This document shows, in pieces, positions 51,329 through 63,603 of a stretch of 64,000 nucleotides of DNA. The translations under genes and the position numbers were made by a program. The stretch comes from Stegostoma tigrinum (taxonomy: Eukaryota): NCBI RefSeq assembly GCF_030684315.1, contig NC_081366.1, forward strand, positions 21,085,410 through 21,149,409, read 5' to 3'. The notes under the pieces are model-generated. The model had not been told where the DNA came from, made no database searches, and saw nothing but the letters and a program-made list of their open reading frames with translations. Each line of letters begins with the position of its first letter. The stretch's first letter is position 1.

Positions 51329-51360
51329 TGTCGAAAAGACACCATCAACCCCGAAGAATG
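51329..51360 (+). CDS. Candidate 32-nt internal exon ending in ATG (encodes [V]SKRHHQPRRM after exon 1)
   Basis: Acceptor 'catttttgcag|', donor 'ATG|GTGAGT', two retained CpGs and a repeat-free neighbourhood. Phase 1 in and phase 0 out, with no stop when joined to 14479-14527. Confidence 0.6.
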
Positions 51361-53699
51361 GTGAGTAGGTGAGAAGTCTTACCCTTTTTATGAAAGGATC
51401 CAATTTTTGCCATGGGAAAATAGGGTTGATTCTGAATCACATCAATGAGAAACTTGACTTTGTGCTGAGTTCATAAAGACTGTATCATAAGATCCTAAAC
51501 CTGCAAAGTGGGAGTTGTAACTGATTGAAGTAGATATATTCATTCTAGAGGGTGGATACGATCTTGTTAACTTTCAGGATTTGAAGATTTTTAAATCCCC
51601 AATGTTTTAAAATGTTCTAAAAATGGACTGCATCTGTCAGTAATCTCTGCTGGACTGCATAGATTGCTGATTACAATTTCTTTAGAATTGTTTGTTGATG
51701 TTAATAATTGCTGCACACCATTAATGCTTGGCTGAGTTTCAAAAGCTACAATTATTTGAACTGGAGAATCTGAGTTCATGATTTTATTGACAGTTTGAAG
51801 GCACAGTTGAAAAATTAGAGGTATGAGCAAGAGTTTTTCTTTTCAAGGCTTTCTGCATTCATGAATAGGGGACTTTTAGCCATTCAGTCTGTACCATGAG
51901 TGCTGTAGTTACTTTTCAGATGTTTATATTTTCCATCTTCACTCTGCTGTGGATTGAATTGACATGAAACTGCCATGGTATTTGAGGCTTCAAGGAGTTT
52001 TGATGGGGCTGGGCATGATTTCGGCTGAGGGCATATGCGTCGCCATAGGGGTGAGGGTGTTGGGGGGGGGGCTCGGTGAGTGAACAAGTATATGGGCTGG
52101 GGGCTAGAGTGCCCAAGGTTATACATCCCAAAGAACCGAGATAGACCTTTTAACCAGCCTGTCCCAGTGCTTAGCTACTCTGTGTTCTCGTAATCTTCGC
52201 TTCTTGGGTGATCAGAACTGGACATCATTCCACACTGAGAGTGAATAGCATGTGACTTGGGATACTTTTGGAACTTCTTGGTTTGGTGTCTCAGGAAATT
52301 TCCTGAGTTGAGTTATCCACCTCCATTGAGAAAATCTTGCCTTTAGATCTATTTTCTTGGTTAGTCAGTGTGTGGTGGGAGAGGCGGTGTTTGTTGTTAC
52401 CGCAATGGACAGGATAAAGAGATCTTATTTCCATTACATAATTATACAATGCTACTGTTTATTTTAATAATTTTGATTGCAGTTTCAAAACATTGATCTG
52501 TTGAAAACTCAGACTGAAATGTGTAAATGCCCTGCTTGTTGACTTTTTTTTAAATAAAACCAGAATCTGATTGCTTTTAGGAATGCCAGTTTATAAAAAT
52601 AAATCATGGAAGTATGTTGAGTGTGACTTCCAGTTTTATTTTGGTTACATTTTCAAGCTAGCAACCACCACCCTCCCCATCACCCTTGTCATGTAAAAAG
52701 AGTGTTTCATTAGGTTCCATAAGGCATGGTTGCCTGTGATGACAGGAGGGCTATTTCTCTGCATCAACAGCTGTTTCCATGTCAACTGTTGCCAAGCTAT
52801 ATTTAATTGTGAAAGATTTCTTTTTAATTATGATTGAACTCCCTCCAGTTTTAGTGAGGCATCTGGGAATTTTTGATTCGCCTCTTCAGGAACCACTTGG
52901 AGAGATAAAGGGCAGTTTGAGCTGCAAGTACAGCTGCCCGACCATTTCCCCGTGCGTCCTCCTGCTGTTGATGAACACCACATTGAAATGCTAAATTTCT
53001 CTGAAGTGCTTAATGGCAAAGAGGAGGTGGTACAATGATAGAGTACTTGCTACTGTTTCGCTAACTTTCCTCATGATGATACGATCATAATACCGTCATA
53101 ATCTATGATAACATCAAACGGTCAGCTATTTTCAGAATCTGCCCTTGCTGCAAATGGGTGTCAGCCAGTGAACTGGTCCTTATGCTGTCACAAGGTGGAG
53201 TCTGGGCAAAGCTTGAGGATTTGTAAATGCAATGCAGGCGCTGTTGATCAGAATGCGCTGTGATTTATGTGCAAATGTTTACCAGTTTGCAGAACGGAAC
53301 AACACAACAGAGGAAATGTCTTGCAAATGAGTTAAAAGAATCTCAGGCTACATTTCAAAGTGTTGTATGTAATTAAGAAACCTGATCAGCCACCATTTTT
53401 TGTAGAGTTGTTTTCCAGTGGTTTGTGAAGACAGTGACTCAGTAAATGAGAATGTCATGGTGTGAATGGAATCATCGTAGGGAAGCATCAAGCAAGTATT
53501 TTATCTTTGGGTGGGATCACAGTAAATGACTGACAGATCGGGCAGGCTGATTAGCAATTTTGTATAGTTGAAGGGCCAGCCCTTGTTTAAAAAGAAGTGG
53601 CAAGCTGCCCTCTTGCATCGTGCAACCTATTTACAACTTATCACATTTAGGCTGGCAGAATATTAGGCCCAGACAATCAGAAGGTATGTTCTGGTTTAC

Positions 53700-54420
53700 A
53701 GGAGTTCACAATCATGGTTTTTCTGTCGGGTTTGTGCAGTAGTTTTTCTCTTCCTGACACCACAAATGTCATTTCGTCATCTTTTTTGAGCTCTTTTACT
53801 TCTCGGCTTAGTTATTCTACTCAGCGGTATATCCACTCCATGAATCCTCCAGAAGTGGTTGATAACATGTTCTTACCATCTGCCACATGATGTCCTGGAG
53901 ACAATTAAGAACATGGCATTGGCACCAGCTGGATCTGATCATCACCAGATGTGACTCTCTGAACAGCCTTCTCAACACATGCAGTTACCTTATGCTGACT
54001 GTGATACAGATCACTTCCTGGTGTGCACCAGGGCTAGGAAGAAAGCCTTGAAGTTTATTCATTCAGGGCAGAAAAGCTGTCCTGATATCAGTGTCAGCCA
54101 AATTGCCCACTGAGTTAAAAATGCATAGTCCCTTCACTCAATAATCTAGTGCTGTTGCATCAAGTGCAGATTAAAATGGGTCATTGAGACACTATCTTCA
54201 ACATATGGTAAGCATGAATGCAACTGCACTGGGATATGTATGTGAAGTCGTACTAATTACAGCAAAGATCTGAGCAAAAAGCTTCTAAATGCACAAAGAG
54301 CCACTCAAAGTCCAATAGTCTACTAGACAATACACTTGCAGTTACTGTTTACTCCTTTGCTAGAACATTCAGATGTCCTTTGACACAGTGAATGCTTATG
54401 TTATGTATGAAAGGATCAAA
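53700..54420 (+). mobile_element. RTE-clade LINE fragment (AP endonuclease C-terminus)
   Basis: Translates at ~53890-54040 as SWRQLRTWHWHQLDLIITRCDSLNSLLNTCSY/ADCDTDHFLVCTR, matching the RTE-type W..P....HQLD.I...D..TDH..V motif. Confidence 0.75.
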
Positions 54421-56251
54421 CAAGGATCAAAGTTTTTCATCTTGCACAAATCAGGACAACTTGCAAGAATGTCAGTGTAAAGTGGAACAATAAGCCCAAG
54501 AGACAGTAAATCTCATAACTGCTGATTGACTCATAGGTAGACTCTGGGATTGCTAAAAAGATTGCAGTGGCAAATATACTGGCTAGATGATGACTGACAA
54601 TTAACTGCTAAGTTTTGTTTCAATTTAAACCAGACAAGTTGACACATATTGATTAAGGCATTTCCCTAACAATAGAATCAGAGAATGGATGCTGCTTAAT
54701 TTGTTCAATTGAAATCGAAAAGAAGAGGCCCATGTATTAACATATATATTTTACCATACATGCACGTGTGCCCAACTAAAATTCTTAAATTAGATGTCAA
54801 ATTTTCAGCATAATTTTGGCACATTGAAGATTATTCAGCAAATGACTAATTATGGAATCATATCCAATGTTGGACATCTTTGAGTTTCACAAGCATGGTT
54901 AGTGGAGTATGTACATCTATCTGTCTTTGGGTGTACGGCTTACATATTTGTCATTACAGTACCTCTGAAATGTTTAAAACACATTGCTCATTTGTGCTTT
55001 TGGCTTTTTTAACTTTGAGTGGCAGAGGAGTTGCATTAACTCACTGTGAGTTGACAATTTAAACCAAGTAGGTTGACTCTGATTAACTAAGGCATTGAAA
55101 GAACAGTACATTCAAACATTCCCTCACCACCTGTTAAACCATCAGTAGTATAATAATATTAATCTGGTCAAATAGTGAATTATGTCCATCCCACCTTTTC
55201 TTCTCAAAACACCCTTCCCTCCATACTGAAAATATTGGTGGATAGTGAATTGGAGTAACTCTAACTCTAGATGACAAAAGCACCTCTCTTAAAATAAGTC
55301 CCTTTTCAGCTATTTTCACCTCTTCCTCTTGATAAATCCCATCATGCCATGAGTGAAGGCTCTAATTAAGGGGAATGGTGTTCCAATCCAAAACCTCTGC
55401 TGTTGTTGATGTGTAAACAGCTGCGGGAAATTGGTATAAACCAGAAGGGAATGATTTACCCTTCAAGTTTCTGTAACTCCTTGTAGAAAAGAACATTGGT
55501 TTGCTTGACAACACTCCTCAAATCAAGATCTCAAACTGTCAGGCAATGCAAGTTTTTGTGTTTTATATCTGTTGTAATGACTTCCATCTAGAAATAATGC
55601 AAATTATATTGTCACCCATATTTATGACACACTTATATCAAGTTTTTCTTGGAACCATTTTGAAAAGATTTTAGACCATTTAAAATGAAGAAGGTTTGGC
55701 ACCTCGGTTAGTTTGCTCCAGAAAGCACACCATGTGATTGCATTATGGATTTGAGTAAAATTCTTCACAGTCATTTTCAACATCGAATTTACTCTTGAAG
55801 TTTGTCTTCCTTGAGATATGAATTGTTAGTAGTAGGGAATGGAATGGTTTTCATTTGAACAATAAGTGTTCTGATCAAGCATTTGGCAGGTTAGTCATAG
55901 CATGCTTCAGCATAAAATGAAGCTTGGAAAATCACAGATGCCTGGAAAAATAGCACAAATGTGGAGTTAGATTTAAAACAAGTATCACAGCTTCAAAAAC
56001 ATATTAACTGGAAGTCAGTTGAGAACATAATACCTTTACATGTTACTACATTTGGAGTACAATGGGCATAGGTTGTCCAGATTTAAGCTGGAGACAAGGC
56101 TGACCTTGTGTCACTTACATAACGGAAAATTGTGACAAAATTTACAAGGCTTTACTCTTATTTCTTCTGGAGGAATTATAAGCTATTGTGGATAAGTGTT
56201 GGCACTGTCTGCTGTATTAGGTAAATGTGTTTCAGATTGTCTACATTGTTT

Positions 56252-56609
56252 AAGGTTTTGGAGTAGATCTGTAGCTCGGGTTGTGGGTGCTGAGGTTGGT
56301 TGGCTCGCCGAGCTGGTTTGTTGTTCCACAAACGTTTCGTTACCGTGCTTGGTAACATCTTCAGTGCAGTCTCTGATGAAGCGTTGGTGTGTTTTCCCAC
56401 CTGGTTTTTAAACTCTGGGTCAGTTGCGATGGATTGCCTCACTTCCGTGTTTCCTCCATATTGGAATGTATGTGGGGTCGAGTTCAATGTGTTTATTAAT
56501 AGCCTGCTTTTTGGAGTGCCATGCTTCCAGGAATTCTCGTCCTTGTCTCTGCCTAGCCTGTCCCAAGATCTTGGTGTTGTCCCAGTCGCAGTCACGGTTC
56601 TCCTTCTCC
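56252..56609 (-). mobile_element. Penelope-like element (separate family), 5'-truncated, with TSD
   Basis: ORF 56420-56611 'DWDNTKILGQARQRQGREFLEAWHS...INKHIELDP' (GIY-YIG C-terminus). Flanking repeats attgtctacattgttt (56236-56251) and attgtctacttagttt (56610-56625). Confidence 0.9.
56327..56368 (-). ncRNA. Minimal type-I hammerhead ribozyme motif, best copy in the window
   Basis: Minus strand reads TGCA-CTGAAGA-T-GTTACC-AAGCAC-GGTAAC-GAAA-CG-TT-TGTG: perfect 6-bp stem II, 4-bp stem I (two G-U pairs), palindromic ACGU stem III and a GUU cleavage triplet. Confidence 0.75.
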
Positions 56610-57894
56610 ATTGTCTACTTAGTTTCATAGGCATTGTCACCTTTTTTGCTGCCCTCCAGCCCAAACAAGCATTACAAACATATGTAAGCCATTCAGCCCC
56701 AAACGTGTGCTACCATTCTAGCTATGTTAGGATTCACCTGAACCTCTACTAAAGTCTGCCTCACTTAACTCCCTAGTTCTCACTGGAACTCTCCTGTTCC
56801 ATCAATTCATTCAGTTCAGGATGACAATCTTCTATCCTCCCTTTTCAGTTCATTTATTTCCCCTGACGTCACTGCCCAATCCCTCAGCTCTGCTTATGGC
56901 TTCTCTCTGATGCTATTACTGGAAGATTGAGCTCTGCCACACATGGTGCGTGAGAAATCCTGCTCTCACAAAACAACCATGAGAATTCTTGCCAACAGCA
57001 TGCATGACTTTGATCACTACTAGAACTATAGCAGCATCAGTTAGGGACTGAGAAAGGTGCTGATGAAACCAAGCTGAAACTGGTGCAGGTGATTTTCTGC
57101 AAAAGCTCACATTTGGTTTGAAATGCTGATGTGTGTGTAAAATATATTTCCGTGCAAGATTGGGGTAATTGTATCAATATATGCTCTGGCAGGGTTTCTA
57201 ATGTCATCTGGCAATAAATGACCTGCCACATTTACGTTTATAAACATGCACAATCACTTGCTGAAGGTGCAAGCTGACAATGTTGCAGTAGAGGAGGCTA
57301 AGCAAATCCACAGTTAAACACAAATAAAGCGAAAGTTGCTGCCTGAATTTTACTGCTGTGATACAAGTAATTTTATGCAAACGCTCTATAGGCCTCACTT
57401 TTGAATGATGTGAAGTTGCTGTAATTCCACAGTATTTATGAATTATATTCAACACTGATGGCTATTTCTGTTTATCCAGGAAATGAATGAACAGGGCAAT
57501 CAGTTGTACCTCCTTATGGGTATCGTAAAATTGATCGTGCAAAGACTGAGAATGAAGTATAAATTTAAGTTGTCATACTCTGTGTCAAATCAAGTATAGA
57601 AAGAAGAGAGGAAAGGTTAGACTGAGATGAAAAATGACACAGAAAGGAAAAGTAGGAGAAAAAATATTTTTTCACTCACCCAACCACAACTAAAATGTGA
57701 AAGAATAAAAATCCATTCCTGAAAAAAGTGTTTCCCAACCACCACCAGAGAGACGTACTGTAATGAGTGGGTTTTATCAGGTTGTGAAAAGTGTACAAAT
57801 TGTGAAATGAACAAGAATGAACAGAAAAGCCCTCATTGGTGAACTTAGTTCATATATACTGTGGAAATACAGCAACTTCACATCATTCATCAGA

Positions 57895-58678
57895 TTCATA
57901 GTTTCATAAAGTCATAAAGCAAGATAACAGACCCTTTGGTCCAACCAGCCCATGCCTTACATGATCCCGAACTAAACTAGTCCCACCTGCCTGCACTCGG
58001 TCATTATGCATCCAAACATTTCTTATTCATGTACTTATCCAAATGCCTTTTAAACGTTGTGACTGTACCTGCATCCTCCACTTCTTATGGAAGTTCATAC
58101 CACATACAAACTACTCTGTTTAAAAAAAAAAGACCCTTCTGTCTTTTTTAAATTGTTCTCTTTTCACCTTCAAAATATGTCCCCTAGTCATTACCTACCC
58201 TGGGGAAAATATACCTGTCATTCACTTTATCTATGTTCCTCATGATTTTATAAACCTCTTTAAGGCCACCCCTCCACCTCCTAAGCTCCAGTCAAAAGAG
58301 TACCAGCCTATCTAGCCTCTCTTTATTACTTGAATCCTCCATTCCTGGAAAAAATCCAAGTAAATTTCTTCTGAACCCTCTCCAAAATAACATTATCCTT
58401 CCAATAACACGGTGGCCAGAACTGAACACAGTACTCTAGAAGATGCCTCACCAATGTCCTGTGCAATCTCAACATAATGCCCCAACTCCCATCCTCAAAG
58501 GCCTGAGCAATGAAGGTAAGCATGCTAAACACCTTCTTAACTACCCTATCTATATGTGACCTGAACTTCAAGAATTATGTACCTGAATCCCTAGGTCGCT
58601 ATGTTCTACAACACTAGCCAAGGCCCTACTTTTAATTGTATAATTTCTATCCTTGTTTGTTTTACCAAAATGCAATAG
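57895..58678 (-). mobile_element. CR1 LINE 3' fragment
   Basis: ORF 58326-58571 (IDRVVKKVFSMLTFI...LVRHLLEYCVQFWPP...LERVQKKFT). Tail 'tcatagtttcataaagtcata'. Confidence 0.9.
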
Positions 58679-60309
58679 GGAGGCAGATAGTGAGATATGT
58701 TTAAAGAAAACTGTATCACAGCAGCACAATTCAGGCAGCAACCTTGTTGATACTTGAATTTAACTGTGGATTTGCCTCTCATCTGAAGTTGCTGAACCAT
58801 TTTTGGGTAAACAACAATGTTGTTAAACTCTCTGTTATTTTAACAGCAAATTATGGCCCATTGTGTCTTTGGCTTTTTACAAACCCAGTAGAATGACTTA
58901 CAAGCTATTTTATCACGACAGCATACCTTTAGCAGCCAGTTGCATTTGCCACGAAAAGAAAAACACTTATCTCTATTTCTACTGTTGCTGGCTGATCACA
59001 AAACTGATCCATGTGGATAAATTGCTTCCAACCCAGAAGCATTTATGTGGAGAAACCTATAAAGCTCAGTTCAGTGACTTTTTAAAAGCTACAGCAAAAT
59101 CTATCAGACATTGAGAATTAGACAGCTCAGTCAGGCATTTCTACTTTCTTACCACTAATGTGTACACTGAAATCACAGAGTAAGCTCACTTATAAGAGGG
59201 AGAGTTTACTCTTATCAGTCCTTGACCGCTAAAATGTACTGGAGAGAATCCAGCCATTGAGTGAGGAGGTTGGCTGTATTTCCTCGGTTCTGAAAAGGAC
59301 ATTATCTTCAGGAGAAATTGTGAGGAGTTTTTTTTTGGGAGCAGAAACACACATTGATTTTTAAGATGACTTTACTGCTGATGAATGATTAATGTGTTTC
59401 AACAGGATGGGCATCATATAGCATGCATTAAAAACATAAATGAAGGTGTTTTGCCAAACACTAATAGTGAGAGTCCATCTTTAAATGAAGTGAATGGTGC
59501 AATTGCTGATATTGGCATCTATACGGTTATTAGAAACCCAGAGAACATTTGCAATTAAATTCATTTTTTTAGTCACAACAATACTTCCTTATGTTGCAGC
59601 TCACATTTTCTGCCTATGCCATCCCCATCTTCCCGTCCATCTCTCCAGTGCATTCCCCTTCCTCTCCACATTGCTCCTTCTCACCTTTTAGAAAGTGCTT
59701 TTGTGAAATTGTTCTGAATTTCTGTGTCACTCTGCACCAGTAGGATGGCAGTTGGCTAATTAGATATTCTAAAACTCTGTTGTAGTCTTGGGCACTGAGT
59801 ACAGCCAGACACCATTCACCAAGTAAATCCACCAGCAGACAAATGAAACAAATTGCGCAAACAAAAATTTTGTTGTTGTTATAGATTTTCTGATGTTGTT
59901 TAATTGCTGAAAAGCTCTTGATGGTAGTAGTAATTCTGCAAGAAATGAATATTAATCATCTCGACCAGGTTCATTGTGTGGTAAGCATACATCACAAAAG
60001 GGCTCAAGGCGAAGGACCATAGTTTATAGCGTAGAAAGAAAACCAAAAGTTGGAAAGAATGAAAGGCAAGTTAGAGATTAATTTTGGTGCAACCACATTC
60101 AGTTTTGAAACCTTGAAATTAGGAAGAAGGGAAGACTGAGCATGAGAAGATGTTTCACAGCTGGAAATGAATAATTAAGAACAGGGTCTATGCAAAGCCT
60201 TGATTTATCGCAGTGGAGAAGCGCGGTGGAGGAGCACCAGAAAGCGTATTCAATTGGCCATTCAAAAAGAATGAGTAGAAAGGGTATTCACTCTTTAGTT
60301 ATAGCTATT

Positions 60310-60392
60310 GTATTGATACACAGATAATAGATGTAATAGATAATAGATAAAATAGATAAAAGATAATAGATAAAAGACAAAAATAATAGATT
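60310..60392. repeat. Degenerate (ATAGATA)n-like simple repeat
   Basis: 'gataatagatgtaatagataatagataaaatagataaaagataatagataaaag'. Confidence 0.8.
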
Positions 60393-61001
60393 CAAGAAAA
60401 ATTGTGATAAATAGCTATGAAATCTAAGGATGAAAGCGATCTCACTTTGTACACTGAAACTGAATATGTAATCAATCTAGATAAGATTCATAAATGGGGA
60501 CAGTTTTGTAATTCTTGATAAATGTGACTTTATACAGAACCAGCAGTTGTGGGAGGAAATGATAGGGTTTGTTTGGCTAGAGTAAGAATAATGAGCTTGA
60601 GATGGACTAGTAAGTGATTATTTCTTCTTCTGATCCTACTAAATCTAACCTGTACATCTTTGGTGCTTATATTGGCTAACTAGTAAAATGGTTATTTTTC
60701 AGCTCTCTCACTTTGATCAGAATACATCAAAATCTTTTATTCAGTCAATGTCCTGTGCCTCATATCTCATTTATCATGCAGCATGTACCTATATGCTCAA
60801 GTGTAATGTATAATTGTATCGAATCAATATATTATGTGTATAGGAATTGGAATTTTTTTACGGTAAGCAAAACAAAATAGCTGATTGACCTAGTTAACAG
60901 GGCAGTACTAGTTGACAGCCCTTGAAATTGAATATTATGTTGATCACTGGTGATTAACATACAATGTAGTCTTTTCAGTATTTGTAAAATTGTTAATTTC
61001 A

Positions 61002-61450
61002 AAGGTTCTTGAGTAGATTTGTAGCTCGGGTTATGCATACTGTGGTTGGTTGCCTCGCTGATCTGGTTTGTTAGTTCGCAGTTGTTGCATTACCCTGCTG
61101 GGTAACATCATCTGTGCAGCCTCCGATGAGGTGCTGTTGTGTTTATCCGCTTGGTATTTAAACTCTGGGGTCCATTGGAATTGGTTACCTCATTTCCGTT
61201 TTTTCTTCGCACCAGTGCATATATAGGGTCTAATTCTGCGTGTAAATTGAAGGCCTTCTTGGTGGAGAACCAAGGCTCTAGGAATTCTTGTGCTTGTCTC
61301 TGTTTGGCCTGTCGTAGGATCCTGGTGTTATACCAATCAACCTGGTGGTTCTCCTTATCCATATGAATGGAGATGAGTAAGGACTAGTCATGTCTTTTTG
61401 TTATATTGTTATAATTGTTCATGTATTTTTGCGGCAGTTTTCTTCCTGTC
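61002..61450 (-). mobile_element. Older copy of the 56252 PLE family
   Basis: ORF 61108-61362 (DWYNTRILRQAKQRQAQEFLE...LDPIY) and TGRKL..IHE remnants. 9-bp repeat ttaatttca at 60993-61001 and 61451-61459. The hammerhead core is decayed but stem II GTTACCC/GGGTAAT is retained. Confidence 0.85.
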
Positions 61451-62661
61451 TTAATTTCAGTGGACTTAACTCCCAAAAAAGAGTTCTGGGAGTGAAAAAG
61501 TTCAATTTCAGTTCCAGTAAGAGTGGAGTGAAGGGTTAATGACCATTGACGCTAAGAATGGCTGTGGAACATGTTCATAAAGAACTATATTACAATGACA
61601 TTACATCATGTGCAGTTGGTATCCAGGTCTGTAGGGCACCAGAGATATATTCTCTTACCATCCCATTAGAGGTCATTGACTTGACTACTCTGTACAGTAG
61701 GTCCCCTGCACTGAGTTCCATTTTAAAACTAGTGAAAATATGAAATCAGTGATAAAGCAGTGCTGTCTGCCCAGCAACTGCTTTATTCTGTGTTAATTGA
61801 AATGCAGTTTTTCAGCTAACCACATGGAGCAGCAGTGCTGACGGAGCTCTGGGCTGGTTTTGCTCATGTCAGGGATGCATCACTAAACACCAACCTCAAA
61901 TTTGTAAGATTTCATAGGCAAGAGCCCACACCGTTTTACAGCACTCTGGGGAGTTTGGTTCGACAGTTGGGGAGCACGCGACTTAGCAGTGTGGGTTTGG
62001 TTAAGCGTAAATTACTCTAAATTATATGCAAAGTAAAAATGGCTCCTGTTTTCCTTGAGTCTTGGTCTCCTAAAAAATAAAAAAGAATTTCCTTACAGAT
62101 ATACTCACCCTGAGGTTCACTCAAAATTTAGGTGGGAGCAGAAATTTGAAAGTACTAGGCATAATCATTTCTCACTTTATTTTATCCCAACCTCACCCAC
62201 AATTCCTGTTCTCTTTGCAATCTTAGGCTGCAAAGTTTCATTTCCGGAGCATATCTCCTATTGTGCCAAGTTTCCTAGTTTACTGGAAGAATAGATGCTA
62301 GTAAATATAGATAGACTTTGTCTTCCTTCATCATGATGGTCGCTTTGGGACAATTTTCAAAAACTAGAAACATTCATCTTCATCTTATACCCGGTAATGA
62401 TTTGCAAAGTTGCTGGAAAACATCCTGAACTGTTTCATTGTCATTGAGGATGGGAATTGCCATGGGAATATAATATATTATAATATGGGATCTAATCACA
62501 ACCACAGATCCAGTCGGAGTTTTGTGGGTCAAGTTTTTGACATAGTTCTGCTGCTGATTTTCATTGAACCATTGTGAACAATTAACAATTTGTGAGGATC
62601 TGCCATTCTAACAAAGTGTTGCAATTTTTCAGCATGCTGACATTCAATAATAGTAGTTATG

Positions 62662-63395
62662 GATTCATAGAGATCTACAGCACGGAAGTAGACCCTTCTG
62701 TCCAACTGGTCCTTGCTGACCAGATGTCCTAAATAATTCTAGCCCCTTTTACCAGCATTTGGCCTTATCTCTCTCAACCCTTCGTATTCATGTACCCATC
62801 CAGATGCCTTTTAAATGTTGTAATTATACCAGCCTCCACCACTTCCTCTGGCAGCTCATTCCAGACATGCATCACCCTCTGTCTTAAAAAGTTGCCCCTT
62901 TGGCCCATTTTAGATCTTTTCCTTTTCACCTTAAACCTATGCCTTCTAGTTTTAGACTCCCCCACCTTGGGGAAAAGAACTTGTCTATTTACCCGATCCA
63001 TGCCCCTTGTGATTTTATAAACCTCTATAAGGTCTCCACTCAGCCTGAGGCACTCCAGGGAAAATAGCCCCGGTTTATTAAGTCTCTCCTTATAGCTCAA
63101 ATCCTCCAACTCTGGCAACATCCTTATGAATCTTTTCTGGACCCTTTCAAGTTTCACAACATCCTTCCTAAAGCAGGGAGACCAGAATTGCTTGCAGTAT
63201 TGCATTAGTGGCCTAACCAGTGTCCTGTACAGACTCATCATGATATCCCAACTCCTATATTTAATGCATTGATCAATAAAGCAAAGCAAACCAAACACCT
63301 TCTTTATTATCCTATTTACCTGCGACTCTACTTTCAAGAACTATGAACCTGCACTCTAAGGTCTATTTTTCAGCAACACTCACGGGACATTACCC
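62662..63395 (-). mobile_element. CR1 LINE 3' fragment
   Basis: ORF 62774-63337 (LYRTLVRPLMQYCKQFWSP...GDLIEVYKI...RVMHVWNELPEEVV...FKRHLD). Confidence 0.92.
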
Positions 63396-63504
63396 AGTTC
63401 ACACTACCTTTAGCCTGTGACATTTTTCATGAGCCATAAAATCATACAGTACAGAAAAGGTCCTTCAAACCCCCAAGCCTGTACCACCAAAATGAAAGAA
63501 ATAG

Positions 63505-63603
63505 AAGCTCCTGATGAAAAAGCATCAGACGTGAAACGTTGACTCTGCTTTCTTCCCACATTCTTCCAGGCCTCCTGAGTTTCGCCAGCAACGTCTGTTT
63601 TTA
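63505..63603 (+). mobile_element. PLE terminal-repeat-derived short element, followed by a small CR1 3' end (63605-63710, minus)
   Basis: CTGATGA-aaaagcatcagacgt-GAAA-CG-TT-gact (core retained, stem II broken), then 'ctgagtttcgccagcaacgtctgttttta'. Confidence 0.65.

Noticed and set aside
13300-51360. Assigning a gene symbol to the host gene
   Set aside because: Neither the 27-aa peptide nor the UTR was recognised; any name would be a guess.
53070-53116. ATGATGA box-C-like motif with weak inverted repeat (snoRNA?)
   Set aside because: No suitably placed CTGA box D or terminal stem seen.
15757-63603. Idea that intact hammerheads are selectively excluded from the sense strand of the host intron
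   Set aside because: The three best cores are antisense, but several antisense copies are also decayed and the sense copy at ~44235 keeps most of the core; the sample is too small.
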